From a virus: a stretch of 64,000 bases of DNA. The translations under genes were made by a program, and so were the position numbers. The notes under the pieces were generated by a model. That model searched no databases. It saw only the letters and a list, made by a program, of their open reading frames with translations, and had not been told where the DNA came from. The DNA is taken from IMG/VR virus record IMGVR_UViG_3300028706_000553; one strand, 5' to 3'. Position 1 is the stretch's first letter. Each line of letters starts with the position of its first letter. Of this stretch, positions 29,106-39,404 are shown one piece after another.

Positions 29106-31301
29106 ATGGCATTTACAGTAAGTCCAGGAGTAGTTACTCGTGAGATTGATTTAACTACAATTGTGCCTGAGACTGGAACAACTGCAGGTGCTTTTGCTGG
29201 GGCTTTTCGCTGGGGACCCTTAGAAGAGGTTGTCAATGTTAGCAGTGAAGATCTACTCGTAGAAAATTTCCAGAAGCCTGACTCTTCAACATATCTATCT
29301 TTTTTCACAGCGGCGAACTTCTTAGCCTACGGTCAAAATTTAAATGTTGTTCGAGTAGCAAATTCACAAGCATATAACGCAACGACAGATGCGGCAAATA
29401 CTGTCTTAATTAAAAGTGACACAGCCTATTACAATACATATTACACCGAATTTGGAGGCTCAGGAGCTTCTGATAATTACGGTGAATTTGCAGCGAAATA
29501 TGCAGGGGAACTAGGTAACTCACTTAAAGTCGGATTATGTGGTGCTGACATACCAGAGCTAATTTTGACAGGAGCTGTAGCTATTGCCTTTTCAGGAAAT
29601 GAAGGTACTGTTACAGGAACGTCAACTCTTTTTACAATGGAATTACAAGTCAATGACGTTATTAAAAATAACGATGCTAGCACATATTTCATAGTAACAG
29701 CAATAGCGTCCGATACATCAGCAACAGTTCAGTCTTCAAGTAATACTGCTGTGACTGGTTCAAATTTATTTACTAGAATGAAATCATCACATTACGAATC
29801 ACCATCAACAAGTGTAATGGGAACAGTTCAAGTTTCCGATACCGCACGAAAAGTAATGACTGGAACAGGAACATATTTTGATATCAACTTGATAGCCGGT
29901 GACAAAGTAACACTTAATGGTGAAACACATTCAGTAGCTTCTATTACAAGTAATACAAGCGCAACCTTAGAAACAGCAATTTCACCAAGTTCGACAGCAA
30001 TTTCAGGTTCAATTGCATGGTCCAGAGAATGGGAGTTCGCAGGTAATTTTGATTATGCGCCTACCACTTCAGACTTTGGAACACGAAGAGGTGTAACACG
30101 AGATGAAGTTCATGTAGTTGTAGTAGATGAGGACGGAGAATGGACAGGTGTTAAGGGAACAGTATTAGAAACTTTTCCAGCACTGTCCGTTGCCTCAGAT
30201 GCTAAATCAGAAGATGGTCAAGCACTTTATTATAAAGAAGCTATTAATAGACGGTCTAAATACATTTGGTGGATGAAACACCCTTCAGGAACGGCTGCGA
30301 GTACAGCACCTAATACTGCACTATGGGGAACTTCCGCTAATTCAGCTTCCAAGCCTGCATTTACACAGAATAGAATAACTGTTAATGCAAGCATGACAGG
30401 TGGAGCAGATGGTCAAACGTTAACTGATGCTATTACAATTACAGGATTCGATAAATTTAAGTCTTCAGAAGACATAGACATTTCATTAATGATTGCTGGA
30501 TCTTGTTCTTCAACAGTTGCCAGTTATTTAATTAGTAATATTGCTGAAGTTCGAAAAGATTGTATGGTATTCATCAGTCCAGAACAAAGCGATGTTGTTA
30601 ATAATGACGGCGGAGAAGTTACAGCAATTAATGATTTTAGAAATAATTTACCTAGCACATCATATGCGGTTATTGATTCTGGATGGAAATATCAGTATGA
30701 TAAATACAATGATACGTTCAGATATGTTCCGTTAAATCCAGATGTCGCCGGACTCGTTGTACGAACAACATTGGAAAGAGATTTTTTCTTCTCACCAGCA
30801 GGCTTTAATAGAGGCCAGGTTAAAAATGTTGCTCGCCTCGCATGGAATCCTAATAAAACGGAAAGAGACAATCTTTATAAAAATGGTGTAAACCCAGTTG
30901 TTTCGTTTTCAGGTCAAGGTACATTATTATTCGGTGACAAAACATTGTTGGCTAAGCCTTCGGCATTTGACCGTATTAATGTACGTAGATTGTTTATTAC
31001 TTTAGAAAAATCAATTGCTATCTTCGCACAATTTTCAATGTTTGAATTTAACGATGATTTTACGCGTTCATCATTTGTTTCGGCAGTAGAACCTTTCCTT
31101 AGAGATATTCAAGGAAGAGGTGGAATTACAGATTTTGCTGTAATTTGTGACGAATCAAATAATACACAGGAAGTTATAGATAGAAATGAGTTCATCGGAA
31201 GTATATTCGTGAAACCAACCAAATCTATTAACTTCATCTTACTCAACTTTGTTGCTGTTAGAAGCGGTGTAGAGTTTGAAGAAGTTGTGAATGCTGTATA
31301 A
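29106..31301 (+). CDS. gp18: Tail sheath protein gp18
   Basis: SPGVVTREIDLT, FRWGP, FFTAANFLAYG, SPAGFNRG, FDRINVRRLF, KPTKSINFI. Confidence 0.97.
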   Translation: MAFTVSPGVVTREIDLTTIVPETGTTAGAFAGAFRWGPLEEVVNVSSEDLLVENFQKPDSSTYLSFFTAANFLAYGQNLNVVRVANSQAYNATTDAANTVLIKSDTAYYNTYYTEFGGSGASDNYGEFAAKYAGELGNSLKVGLCGADIPELILTGAVAIAFSGNEGTVTGTSTLFTMELQVNDVIKNNDASTYFIVTAIASDTSATVQSSSNTAVTGSNLFTRMKSSHYESPSTSVMGTVQVSDTARKVMTGTGTYFDINLIAGDKVTLNGETHSVASITSNTSATLETAISPSSTAISGSIAWSREWEFAGNFDYAPTTSDFGTRRGVTRDEVHVVVVDEDGEWTGVKGTVLETFPALSVASDAKSEDGQALYYKEAINRRSKYIWWMKHPSGTAASTAPNTALWGTSANSASKPAFTQNRITVNASMTGGADGQTLTDAITITGFDKFKSSEDIDISLMIAGSCSSTVASYLISNIAEVRKDCMVFISPEQSDVVNNDGGEVTAINDFRNNLPSTSYAVIDSGWKYQYDKYNDTFRYVPLNPDVAGLVVRTTLERDFFFSPAGFNRGQVKNVARLAWNPNKTERDNLYKNGVNPVVSFSGQGTLLFGDKTLLAKPSAFDRINVRRLFITLEKSIAIFAQFSMFEFNDDFTRSSFVSAVEPFLRDIQGRGGITDFAVICDESNNTQEVIDRNEFIGSIFVKPTKSINFILLNFVAVRSGVEFEEVVNAV

Positions 31302-31304
31302 ATA
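31297..31304 (+). promoter_or_regulatory. T4 late promoter TATAAATA (gp19)
   Basis: Exact consensus overlapping the gp18 stop codon. Confidence 0.75.
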
Positions 31305-31338
31305 AAGATAATTATACAACAATATTAGGGGAATTTAA

Positions 31339-31905
31339 ATGAGTTTTCAAGTTGATGGACAGAATAGTTTCATTTCGAAACTAGCTAAAGGAGGCGCGAG
31401 AGCTTCCCTTTTTGATGTAAATATTTCACTCAAAGGGGATGCGTCAACTACTGGTACCAATCCAAACTTCAAATTTATGTGTAAAGGTGTGCAAATCCCT
31501 GCTAACGCATTAGGTATAACTACTGTTAATTATTTTGGTCGTGCGGTTAAGATTCCAGGCAATAGAACGTTTGAGGATTTAACAACAACTGTTATAAATG
31601 ATGAGGGATATTTCATCAGAAACCAATTGGAAAGTTGGATGCATAAATTGAATTCGCACCAAGGTAATGTACGTGATGCAACCATGGTAAAAAAGTTAGA
31701 TGGTTACACTGCGGATATGACAGTATGGACCTATGCGAAAACAGGGGATTTTGATCAAGGATATAAATTTGAAAATTGTTTTCCAACTGCACTAGATCAA
31801 ATTGATGTAAATTGGGATCCAAATGATGCAGTAATGGAATATACAGTTACCTGGTCTTACGATTATTGGGAGCACATAGGTATAACCGCTGATTTTGACG
31901 GATAA
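31339..31905 (+). CDS. gp19: Tail tube protein gp19
   Basis: GGARASLF, FMCKG, YFGRAVKIPGNRTFED, FENCFPT, YTVTWSYDYW. Confidence 0.92.
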   Translation: MSFQVDGQNSFISKLAKGGARASLFDVNISLKGDASTTGTNPNFKFMCKGVQIPANALGITTVNYFGRAVKIPGNRTFEDLTTTVINDEGYFIRNQLESWMHKLNSHQGNVRDATMVKKLDGYTADMTVWTYAKTGDFDQGYKFENCFPTALDQIDVNWDPNDAVMEYTVTWSYDYWEHIGITADFDG

Positions 31906-31932
31906 ACGAGATAATTTTTAAGGATAGAAAAA

Positions 31933-32481
31933 ATGCCAGATTTTAGAATAAGCTCTTTTACGAGCAAGTTACAAGGTGGTGGAGCAAGATCCAATCTCAT
32001 GGAAATGACATTGGGGACAGTCCCAGGAGGCGGCACTGCTACAGATTGGAAATATTTGTGTAAGGGTTCTCAAATACCACCATCAAATATTACACCAATT
32101 GAGGTACCTTATTTTGGCCGCCAAGTGAAAGTTGCTGGGGAAAGTAGAGAATTTCCTGCCTTATCTACCATAGTCGTTAATGATGAAATGCATACCCTGA
32201 AAAGCGCACTTGAGAAGTGGATGGCGATTCTTAACGGCCACAAATCAAATAAGGCCAAAGAAGGCATATTCGCGACCAGAAGTAGTTATACTACTCAAAT
32301 GACATTAAAAATGTTTAAAAAAGATGGTGAAAAAGATCAAGAGTGGAAGTTTATCGGCGCTTGGCCATCAAATGTATCAGCTATTGATTTAAGTTGGGAT
32401 TCAGGGAACACAATTCAAGAATTCACCGTAGATTGGCAGTATGACTACTACACACATGAGCAAGCAAACGTTACGTCATAA
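31933..32481 (+). CDS. Second gp19-family tail tube protein
   Basis: GGARSNL, YLCKGSQIP, PYFGRQVKVAG, FIGAWPSNVSAIDLSWDS, FTVDWQYDYY. Confidence 0.88.
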   Translation: MPDFRISSFTSKLQGGGARSNLMEMTLGTVPGGGTATDWKYLCKGSQIPPSNITPIEVPYFGRQVKVAGESREFPALSTIVVNDEMHTLKSALEKWMAILNGHKSNKAKEGIFATRSSYTTQMTLKMFKKDGEKDQEWKFIGAWPSNVSAIDLSWDSGNTIQEFTVDWQYDYYTHEQANVTS

Positions 32482-32520
32482 TAACCCGTTTGCTTTAATA
32501 CTTATAGATAGAAATATATT

Positions 32521-34209
32521 ATGAAATTATTTGGATTTAATATTGAGAGAGATCGTAAACCCGACTTACCTGCACTAAGTTTCCCGGAAAATCAGGAAGG
32601 TGCTATCGAAGCCACTTCGGCTGGTGGTGCCTTTGCTTCTTATCTTGATTTAGAGGCATCTGCTAAAACTGACGCTGATTTAATAATGAAATATAGGGAA
32701 ATGGCAGAGCATCCCGAATGTGATATGGCAATTGAAAATATTATTCAGGAAGCCATTGTTACCAACCAAGCAAGAAATCCCGTTGATTTAGACTTAACTC
32801 ATACAGATTTATCAAAAAATCTTCAAGATAGAATTTCGGATGAATTTGAAATTATCTTGAAATTACTTGATTTTAATAATCAAGCATATGATATTTTTAA
32901 GCGTTGGTATATTGAAGGTAGAATCTTTTATCATGCAATGATAGATCCAAAAGAAATTGAAAAAGGAATTCAAGAATTAAGATTAATTGATTCTTTTAAA
33001 ATTAAAAAAGTTAGACAAATAATCCCAGATCAAAAACAAGCACCTGGTGTTTTCAAATTACCTAAATTTGAAGAGTATTATTTGTTCAATGAAAAAGGAT
33101 TATTAACACCAAGTCAAATGGGTGTTAAGGTAGCTCCAGATTCTATGATAATGGCACATTCAGGAATAATGACAAGAGATAAGAAATTCGTTGTTTCTCA
33201 TTTACATAAAGCCATTAAAGGATTAAATCAATTAAGAATGTTGGAAGATGCTGTCGTAATTTATAGAATAGCAAGAGCACCAGAACGAAGAATATTCTAT
33301 ATTGATGTAGGCAACTTGCCCAAGCAAAAAGCTGAGCAGTATCTAAAAGATATTATGACAAGATATAAAAATAAGCTTGTATATGATGCAGCATCTGGGG
33401 AGATCAAAGACGATAGACGACATCAATCAATGTTAGAGGATTATTGGCTTCCACGAAGAGAAGGTGGAAGAGGAACGGAAATTTCTACTTTACCTGGTGG
33501 ACAAAATCTAGGTGAAATGGAAGATGTTGATTATTTCAGAAAGAAATTATATCAATCATTAAATGTTCCTTTATCCCGATTAGAAGCTGATACACCTTTT
33601 GTATTAGGTAGAGCATCTGAAATTAGTAGAGATGAATTAAAATTTTCAAGATTTATTGATAGAATTAGAATAAGATTTTCTCATCTATTTTTTCAAATAA
33701 TGGAAAAGCAATTGATTCTTAAAAACGTTATTCATACATCTGAATGGCCAAAATTAAGAGAAACTATCAGATTTAATTATGCAATGGATAATCACTTTGC
33801 TGAATTAAAAGAACAAGAATTAATGACTGATAGATTAAATATGATGAGGGACGTAGAAGAATTAGTTGGAAATTATTATTCTAAGCAGTTTGTTAAAGAT
33901 AAGATTCTTAGACTTACACCAGAAGAACAAAAGAGAATCGAAAAAGAAATTAAAAAAGAAGAAAAAGAAGCTGAAGCAGATGGTGATCAATATCCGCCAC
34001 AAGCAGGAATGCCACCGGTAGTTCCACCAGTTAATAAAATTAATGTACAGCCGGGAGCTGATCCAGGTGGTGGAACCTTTACGCCGGCGGATCAGGGCCT
34101 GGCAACATCTCAAGGAATGCAACAAGCTCAAGATGAAGTACAACCAGAATTATTAGCAGGACAAAATTTATTAACGCTAAATAAGAAAAGAATATATGGT
34201 GGAAAATAA
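32521..34209 (+). CDS. gp20: Portal protein gp20
   Basis: KLFGF, YREMA, WYIEGR, LHKAIKGLNQLRMLEDAVVIYRIARAPERRIFYIDVGNLPK, MLEDYWLPRREGGRGTEI. Confidence 0.97.
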   Translation: MKLFGFNIERDRKPDLPALSFPENQEGAIEATSAGGAFASYLDLEASAKTDADLIMKYREMAEHPECDMAIENIIQEAIVTNQARNPVDLDLTHTDLSKNLQDRISDEFEIILKLLDFNNQAYDIFKRWYIEGRIFYHAMIDPKEIEKGIQELRLIDSFKIKKVRQIIPDQKQAPGVFKLPKFEEYYLFNEKGLLTPSQMGVKVAPDSMIMAHSGIMTRDKKFVVSHLHKAIKGLNQLRMLEDAVVIYRIARAPERRIFYIDVGNLPKQKAEQYLKDIMTRYKNKLVYDAASGEIKDDRRHQSMLEDYWLPRREGGRGTEISTLPGGQNLGEMEDVDYFRKKLYQSLNVPLSRLEADTPFVLGRASEISRDELKFSRFIDRIRIRFSHLFFQIMEKQLILKNVIHTSEWPKLRETIRFNYAMDNHFAELKEQELMTDRLNMMRDVEELVGNYYSKQFVKDKILRLTPEEQKRIEKEIKKEEKEAEADGDQYPPQAGMPPVVPPVNKINVQPGADPGGGTFTPADQGLATSQGMQQAQDEVQPELLAGQNLLTLNKKRIYGGK

Positions 34210-34375
34210 TGGTAGAGAAATTATAGCAACAATTATTGATGATATTGTTGCAGGCAGAGATTATAACGCACTGACTTCAGTCCAGAATGTATTACAAAAA
34301 AATACTGCTACAAGATTAACAGATTTTAAAAAAGACCAAGCTGAAACAATGTTTAAGGAAAAACAAGATGTTTAA
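34196..34375 (+). CDS. Small prohead core protein (gp67-like by position and size)
   Basis: 59-aa ORF missing from the ORF track (MVENNGREIIATIIDDIVAGRD...), directly after gp20. Confidence 0.5.
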   Translation: MVENNGREIIATIIDDIVAGRDYNALTSVQNVLQKNTATRLTDFKKDQAETMFKEKQDV

Positions 34376-34655
34376 ATACGATAGAAAAACCTTTTTACCA
34401 ACAGATCAACGTCAGGAATTGAATGAAATTAGTGACGATCAAAATCCTGAATTTATGTTTCAAACAATGCATATGAAGCTTGTGATTGCTATAGCGAATG
34501 GAAAAATTAACGCTAAAAAAGCGGCATTAGAAGAGTTGGCTAATCGTGGTTATGATAAAAACGGTAAATGGGTCGGATGGGATGAGAATCCTGCAAAAAC
34601 TGCTCGAGAAACAAAAAGACGCGCAAAATTAAAATGGCTGTACCCTTCCGGGTAG
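34368..34655 (+). CDS. Hypothetical head-module protein
   Basis: 95 aa between gp20 and gp21. Confidence 0.5.
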   Translation: MFKYDRKTFLPTDQRQELNEISDDQNPEFMFQTMHMKLVIAIANGKINAKKAALEELANRGYDKNGKWVGWDENPAKTARETKRRAKLKWLYPSG

Positions 34656-34691
34656 GAACGACAGAGCCAGTAAACTACGACATTAAATTAG

Positions 34692-34699
34692 TATAAATA
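34692..34699 (+). promoter_or_regulatory. T4 late promoter TATAAATA
   Basis: Exact consensus 25 nt upstream of the 34725 ATG. Confidence 0.75.
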
Positions 34700-34724
34700 A
34701 AACATACACTTTAGAAAGTAGACA

Positions 34725-34991
34725 ATGAAATTAAAAGCTGCAAATACTGCTAGTACAACAACAAATTTGAGTTTAGGAAACGCTACTGCTGTAGCCGTAA
34801 CTACTACCGCTGTTACATTAATTACTATTATAGATAGTGACGGAACAGCATCGGGCACAGACGGAACTGTAGTTGGCTCAATTTCATTACCTGCTGGTTC
34901 AGTACAAATTATACAAAAAGATGCAGACCAGTTTATTAAGGCTAGTGTAACAAATGCGCAGTATACACCGGTTGCTAGGTCAAGTTATTAA
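34725..34991 (+). CDS. Small virion protein preceding gp21
   Basis: 88 aa, Thr/Ala-rich, preceded by a late promoter. Confidence 0.55.
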   Translation: MKLKAANTASTTTNLSLGNATAVAVTTTAVTLITIIDSDGTASGTDGTVVGSISLPAGSVQIIQKDADQFIKASVTNAQYTPVARSSY

Positions 34992-35000
34992 GGAAAACAA

Positions 35001-35651
35001 ATGAAACTAATTTGCGAAGTAAATGAAGAAATAGAAACTCTGGTTGAATCAGAGGGAGACAAAAAAGGTTATTTCATTAAAGGTGTTTTCCTTCAAGCAG
35101 AACAGAAAAACAGAAATGGTCGCATATACCCTATGGAGACTATGGCGAAAGAAGTTGATCGTTATAGTAACCAATACATTAAAACAAATAGGGCTTTTGG
35201 CGAACTAGGTCATCCAGATGGACCCACGATTAATCTGGAAAGGGTATCGCACATGATTAAAGAGTTGAAGCAGGATGGACCCAATTTTACGGGTAAGGCG
35301 AAAATCATGGAAACTCCCTACGGGAAAATTGTTAAGAACCTAATTGACGAAGGTGCGAAGTTAGGTGTAAGTTCCAGAGGAATGGGTTCTCTGAAAACTA
35401 CAGGTGGAGCACAAATTGTGCAAAACGATTTTCATCTTGCAACGGCTGGTGATATTGTTGCAGATCCTTCCGCCCCCATGGCTTTCGTAGAAGGCATCAT
35501 GGAAGGTAGGGAATGGGTTTGGGATAACGGTATTTTAAAAGAAGCTGAAGTACAAGAAATTAAAAACGTTATAGTTAAAGAATTTGCTAAGAAAACGAGG
35601 GACGAATCGGTTTACGCTGAGTCTTTTGAAAAGTTTTTATCAAAGCTTTAA
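35001..35651 (+). CDS. gp21: Prohead core protease gp21
   Basis: IKGVFLQAEQKNRNGRIYP, GELGHPDGP, GVSSRGMGS, DIVADPSAP. Confidence 0.96.
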   Translation: MKLICEVNEEIETLVESEGDKKGYFIKGVFLQAEQKNRNGRIYPMETMAKEVDRYSNQYIKTNRAFGELGHPDGPTINLERVSHMIKELKQDGPNFTGKAKIMETPYGKIVKNLIDEGAKLGVSSRGMGSLKTTGGAQIVQNDFHLATAGDIVADPSAPMAFVEGIMEGREWVWDNGILKEAEVQEIKNVIVKEFAKKTRDESVYAESFEKFLSKL

Positions 35652-35654
35652 TTT

Positions 35655-35662
35655 TATAAATA
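35655..35662 (+). promoter_or_regulatory. T4 late promoter TATAAATA (gp22)
   Basis: Exact consensus upstream of gp22, which has an AGGAG SD. Confidence 0.8.
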
Positions 35663-35696
35663 TATACAGTAACTAAAAATTCATAGGAGATTGTAA

Positions 35697-36989
35697 ATGT
35701 CTGAACAAGAAACTGTCCAAAAACAGCAGTCTCTTGCCAATAGTGTGAACGAACTAGAGACTTTAGCTCAACAAGCATTGGAATTAGATGGCGAGGCAAG
35801 GGAAGAGCTCGTTGAACAGATTAAAACACGATGCGAAGAAGAGGGTCTGTCTTCCCAAGAAACTGATGAGCTATTGGAAGAGATAGGTCTTGTTCAGGAA
35901 GCACGAGTGGTACAAGAGGCTGATAATAAACCTAAAGCTGGCAAGGGCGAATCTGCTGAAAAAGTAGATGGCGACCATGGTAAAGAACAACCTGATCCAA
36001 ATCAAGTAAAAGGATCTGGTACAGCTATGGGCAACCCAGTTAAGGGAAAAGCAAAATGGAGCGATAAGGGTGAATCAATGGAAAAGGTAAAAGAAGATTC
36101 CTTACCTAAAACAAAAGCCGGTATGATGGCTGCTGTTTATGAGAGATTAGGAAAACTGAAGAAAGATCAGATTTCTTCTAATTACGAATCCATTCTAAAA
36201 TCCTTAGATGTAGTAACAGAAGGCACAGAAGAGTCTACTGATACAAAACCAATTGATGTCGCTGATGATATCAACGCATTAACCGAAGGCGAAGAGCTTT
36301 CTGATACATTCAAAGAAAAAGCAAGTACTATCTTTGAAGCCGCGGTGCAAGCTAAAGTAAATTCAGTAATAATTGAAAGAGAGCAAGAACTTGAAGAACA
36401 AATGACAGTTCAGCTTTCTGAAGAGATTGACGAATATAAAGAAGAGCTAGTTAATAAGGTAGATAGCTATCTTAACTATGTTTCTGAAGAATGGGTCAAG
36501 GAAAATAAACTTGCCATTGAAAAAGGAATCCGCACAGAATTAACAGAAGGATTCTTAGTTGGTCTTAAAAATCTATTTACTGAACATTACATTACAATCC
36601 CGGAAGAGAAAGTTGATGTTGTGGACGATCTATTTACAAAAGTAGAAGGTCTTGAAGAGCAACTCAACGGTCAAATTCAGAAAAATGTAGAAGTTCAATC
36701 AGAACTTACTAAGTTTAAAAAAGAAAAGGTCTTAGGCACTATTACAAAAGACTTGACGGAAACCCAAAAAGAAAAAGTAGCAGATTTAGCTGAAAATGTT
36801 GATGCTGAAGACGCAGAGGACTTTGAACAGAAGGTTGAAGTACTGAAGGAAAATTATTTTCCATCGGAAGACAAAAAAGTCGCAATGGTCGAAGACATAG
36901 AATCATCAAATGATGATGAATCCAATCCCACTCATTTACAAGAGGGAATGGATAAATACATGTCGGCTATTTCACGACAAGTTAGATAA
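35697..36989 (+). CDS. gp22: Prohead core scaffold gp22
   Basis: FKEKASTIFEAAV, VDSYLNYVSEEW, FLVGLKNLFTEHYITIPEEKVDVV, LKENYF; acidic; between gp21 and gp23. Confidence 0.92.
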   Translation: MSEQETVQKQQSLANSVNELETLAQQALELDGEAREELVEQIKTRCEEEGLSSQETDELLEEIGLVQEARVVQEADNKPKAGKGESAEKVDGDHGKEQPDPNQVKGSGTAMGNPVKGKAKWSDKGESMEKVKEDSLPKTKAGMMAAVYERLGKLKKDQISSNYESILKSLDVVTEGTEESTDTKPIDVADDINALTEGEELSDTFKEKASTIFEAAVQAKVNSVIIEREQELEEQMTVQLSEEIDEYKEELVNKVDSYLNYVSEEWVKENKLAIEKGIRTELTEGFLVGLKNLFTEHYITIPEEKVDVVDDLFTKVEGLEEQLNGQIQKNVEVQSELTKFKKEKVLGTITKDLTETQKEKVADLAENVDAEDAEDFEQKVEVLKENYFPSEDKKVAMVEDIESSNDDESNPTHLQEGMDKYMSAISRQVR

Positions 36990-37040
36990 TAATAACAACT
37001 TTTTTTAGTAGTTTATAATAAAACATTTAGGAGATTAATA

Positions 37041-38369
37041 ATGTTTTTATCCGAAAATTTACAAGAGAAGTGGGGTCCTGTTCTTGACCATCCTGATCTT
37101 CCTCAAATCAAAGACTCTTACCGAAAAGCTGTTACAGCAGTTCTGTTAGAGAATGAGGAGAAGTCGATCCAGGAAGAAGGCGGTTCTTCACTTTTATTTG
37201 AGAGCTCTCCTACGAACGCTGTTGGTGCCGGTATAGGTAATACAGCTGGAAATATCAAGGGTTATGACCCAGTACTTATTTCTTTAGTTCGCAGAAGTAT
37301 GCCTCTCTTAATCGCATACGATGTTTGTGGTGTTCAACCTATGACAGGTCCGACTGGCTTAATTTTCGCCATGAAGTCCCGTTATGCAAGCCAGACTGGT
37401 TCAGAAGCACTTTTCAGTGAGTCTGATTCCGGAGTATCTGGATTGAAAGCTGGTGGAACTTCCGCTCACACATCAAATGGTAACCCCGCGGCTGCCTCAT
37501 CTAGTTCACTTGCATATCTCCCAGGTCGTGGAATGACTACGACTACGGGTGAAGCACTTGGCGATTCAGCTTCCAATGCTTTCGCAGAAATGGCCTTCTC
37601 AATTGATAAGGTAACTGTTACAGCGAAAACACGTGCTCTCAAAGGTGAGTACACGATGGAATTGGCACAAGACTTAAAAGCAATTCATGGTCTTGATGCT
37701 GAAACTGAACTTTCAAATATTTTGAGTTCAGAGATTCTGTCGGAGATTAACCGCGAAGTTATCCGAACAATTTACGGTAACGCCAAAACTGGTGCCCAAA
37801 CCAACGTAGCCTCCGCCGGTACATTCGATATGGATGTCGATTCAAACGGTCGCTGGATGGTTGAGAAATTTAAGGGTCTCATGTTCCAGATTGAGCGCGA
37901 AGCTAATGCAATCGGGCACGACACACGTAGAGGAAAAGGGAATATCCTTATGACTTCTTCGGATGTTGCTTCCGCACTGCAAATGGCAGGAGTGCTTGAT
38001 TATCAATCTGCCGTTCCAGGTGGATCGTTGAATGTTGATGATACACAATCAACTTTTGCTGGTACTCTTAATGGTCGTTACAAAGTATATGTTGATCCAT
38101 ATGCAACTATTCAAGACACAAACTGGTTTGTGATTGGATATAAAGGTTCGTCAGCTTATGACGCAGGACTTTTCTACTGCCCATACGTTCCACTACAAAT
38201 GGTACGTGCGGTTGGTGAGAATTCCTTCCAGCCAAAGATTGGATTCAAAACACGATACGGAATGGTATCGAATCCTTTCTCAACAGGAACCGCTGCATCC
38301 AGTGATGGATCACTCACATATAACACAAACGTTTATTACAGACGATGTCTTGTTACAAACTTGATGTAA
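37041..38369 (+). CDS. gp23: Major capsid protein gp23
   Basis: LQEKWGPVLDH, YDPVLISLVRR, GVQPMTGPTGLIFAM, TAKTRALKGEYTMELAQDLKAIHGLDAE, FYCPYVPLQM, FQPKIGFKTRYG. Confidence 0.98.
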   Translation: MFLSENLQEKWGPVLDHPDLPQIKDSYRKAVTAVLLENEEKSIQEEGGSSLLFESSPTNAVGAGIGNTAGNIKGYDPVLISLVRRSMPLLIAYDVCGVQPMTGPTGLIFAMKSRYASQTGSEALFSESDSGVSGLKAGGTSAHTSNGNPAAASSSSLAYLPGRGMTTTTGEALGDSASNAFAEMAFSIDKVTVTAKTRALKGEYTMELAQDLKAIHGLDAETELSNILSSEILSEINREVIRTIYGNAKTGAQTNVASAGTFDMDVDSNGRWMVEKFKGLMFQIEREANAIGHDTRRGKGNILMTSSDVASALQMAGVLDYQSAVPGGSLNVDDTQSTFAGTLNGRYKVYVDPYATIQDTNWFVIGYKGSSAYDAGLFYCPYVPLQMVRAVGENSFQPKIGFKTRYGMVSNPFSTGTAASSDGSLTYNTNVYYRRCLVTNLM

Positions 38370-38389
38370 TCTTGTATTAAATTAAGTGA

Positions 38390-38397
38390 TATAAATA
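38390..38397 (+). promoter_or_regulatory. T4 late promoter TATAAATA (gp3)
   Basis: Exact consensus between gp23 and gp3. Confidence 0.7.
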
Positions 38398-38435
38398 AGG
38401 GTAAGGGGTCTTAGATTTCCTTACCCTTTTTTTTT
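38398..38435 (+). terminator. Rho-independent terminator after gp23
   Basis: Stem AGGGTAAGG(GG) / (TT)CCTTACCCT with an 8-nt loop, followed by a T run. Confidence 0.85.
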
Positions 38436-38443
38436 GAGGTTTC

Positions 38444-38959
38444 ATGGCAGCAACAAAACAACCAGACAATATAAATTATCTTTCGCCTACTGGATTCAGG
38501 TTCTCTTGTCAAGCTCTTCCTGAAACACAATTCTATTGCTCACAGGCGGTAATACCTGGAGTATCTATCACAGAAATACCAGTAGCAACCCCCCACAGAC
38601 AACATTGGGTAGCAGGTGATAATCTTGTATATGATGAATTTACTATCACAATGATAGTAGATGAATATATGCGAAATTGGCAAGAAATTCAGGAATGGAT
38701 ACTTGGATTAGGTAAGCCAGAAAGTTTTCAACAATATGAAAGAGCTAAAGCTGCAGATAAAATTAAAACACAAGGCTCTTTATTTGTACTCACCGGTTCA
38801 AAAAACCCAGCATTAAGATTTGACTTTTATGACCTATGGCCAAAATCAATATCATCAATAAACTTTGATATTCAGGCCTCTGAAATTACATATGCAACAG
38901 CAGATGTAGCTTTTCAATATAACTATTATGAAATGACGAGATTAAAACCATCAATGTAA
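38444..38959 (+). CDS. gp3: Tail completion / sheath stabiliser gp3
   Basis: NYLSPTGFRF, FYCSQAVIPG, FIVDE-like MIVDEYMRNW, DLWPKSISSINFD. Confidence 0.88.
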   Translation: MAATKQPDNINYLSPTGFRFSCQALPETQFYCSQAVIPGVSITEIPVATPHRQHWVAGDNLVYDEFTITMIVDEYMRNWQEIQEWILGLGKPESFQQYERAKAADKIKTQGSLFVLTGSKNPALRFDFYDLWPKSISSINFDIQASEITYATADVAFQYNYYEMTRLKPSM

Positions 38960-38960
38960 T

Positions 38961-39404
38961 ATGAAATTAAGTGAAATACAGTTGTTATGGCAAAAAGATT
39001 GTCATATCGACGATACTAAATTAGATGTTGAATTATTAAAAATACCCAATCTTCATAGTAAATATTTGGAGTTATATAATGATGAATGTCTCCAACAAAG
39101 AAAATATTTCTACGAAAAAAAGAAGCTTCTAAAGTTAAAGACTATTTACTATGCTGGTAAAATGAGTCAAGATGAATTAGAGGAACTCGGTTGGGAACCA
39201 TTCATGTATAAAATTATTAAAGGATATGAACCTAAAATAGAAACATATCTTGCCGGTGATAATGATTTAATTAAAGCAGATGAAAAATTAGACTATATAA
39301 AACAGAAAGTAGATTTTCTAGAGTCAATTATCAAGTCCCTAAATACTAGAGGATATAATATTCGATCAGCAATTGACTTTTTAAGATTTACAATGGGATC
39401 ATGA
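38961..39404 (+). CDS. uvsY: Recombination mediator UvsY
   Basis: WQKDCHIDDTKLDVELLKIPNLHSKYL; YYAGK; RGYNIRSAIDF. Confidence 0.92.
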   Translation: MKLSEIQLLWQKDCHIDDTKLDVELLKIPNLHSKYLELYNDECLQQRKYFYEKKKLLKLKTIYYAGKMSQDELEELGWEPFMYKIIKGYEPKIETYLAGDNDLIKADEKLDYIKQKVDFLESIIKSLNTRGYNIRSAIDFLRFTMGS

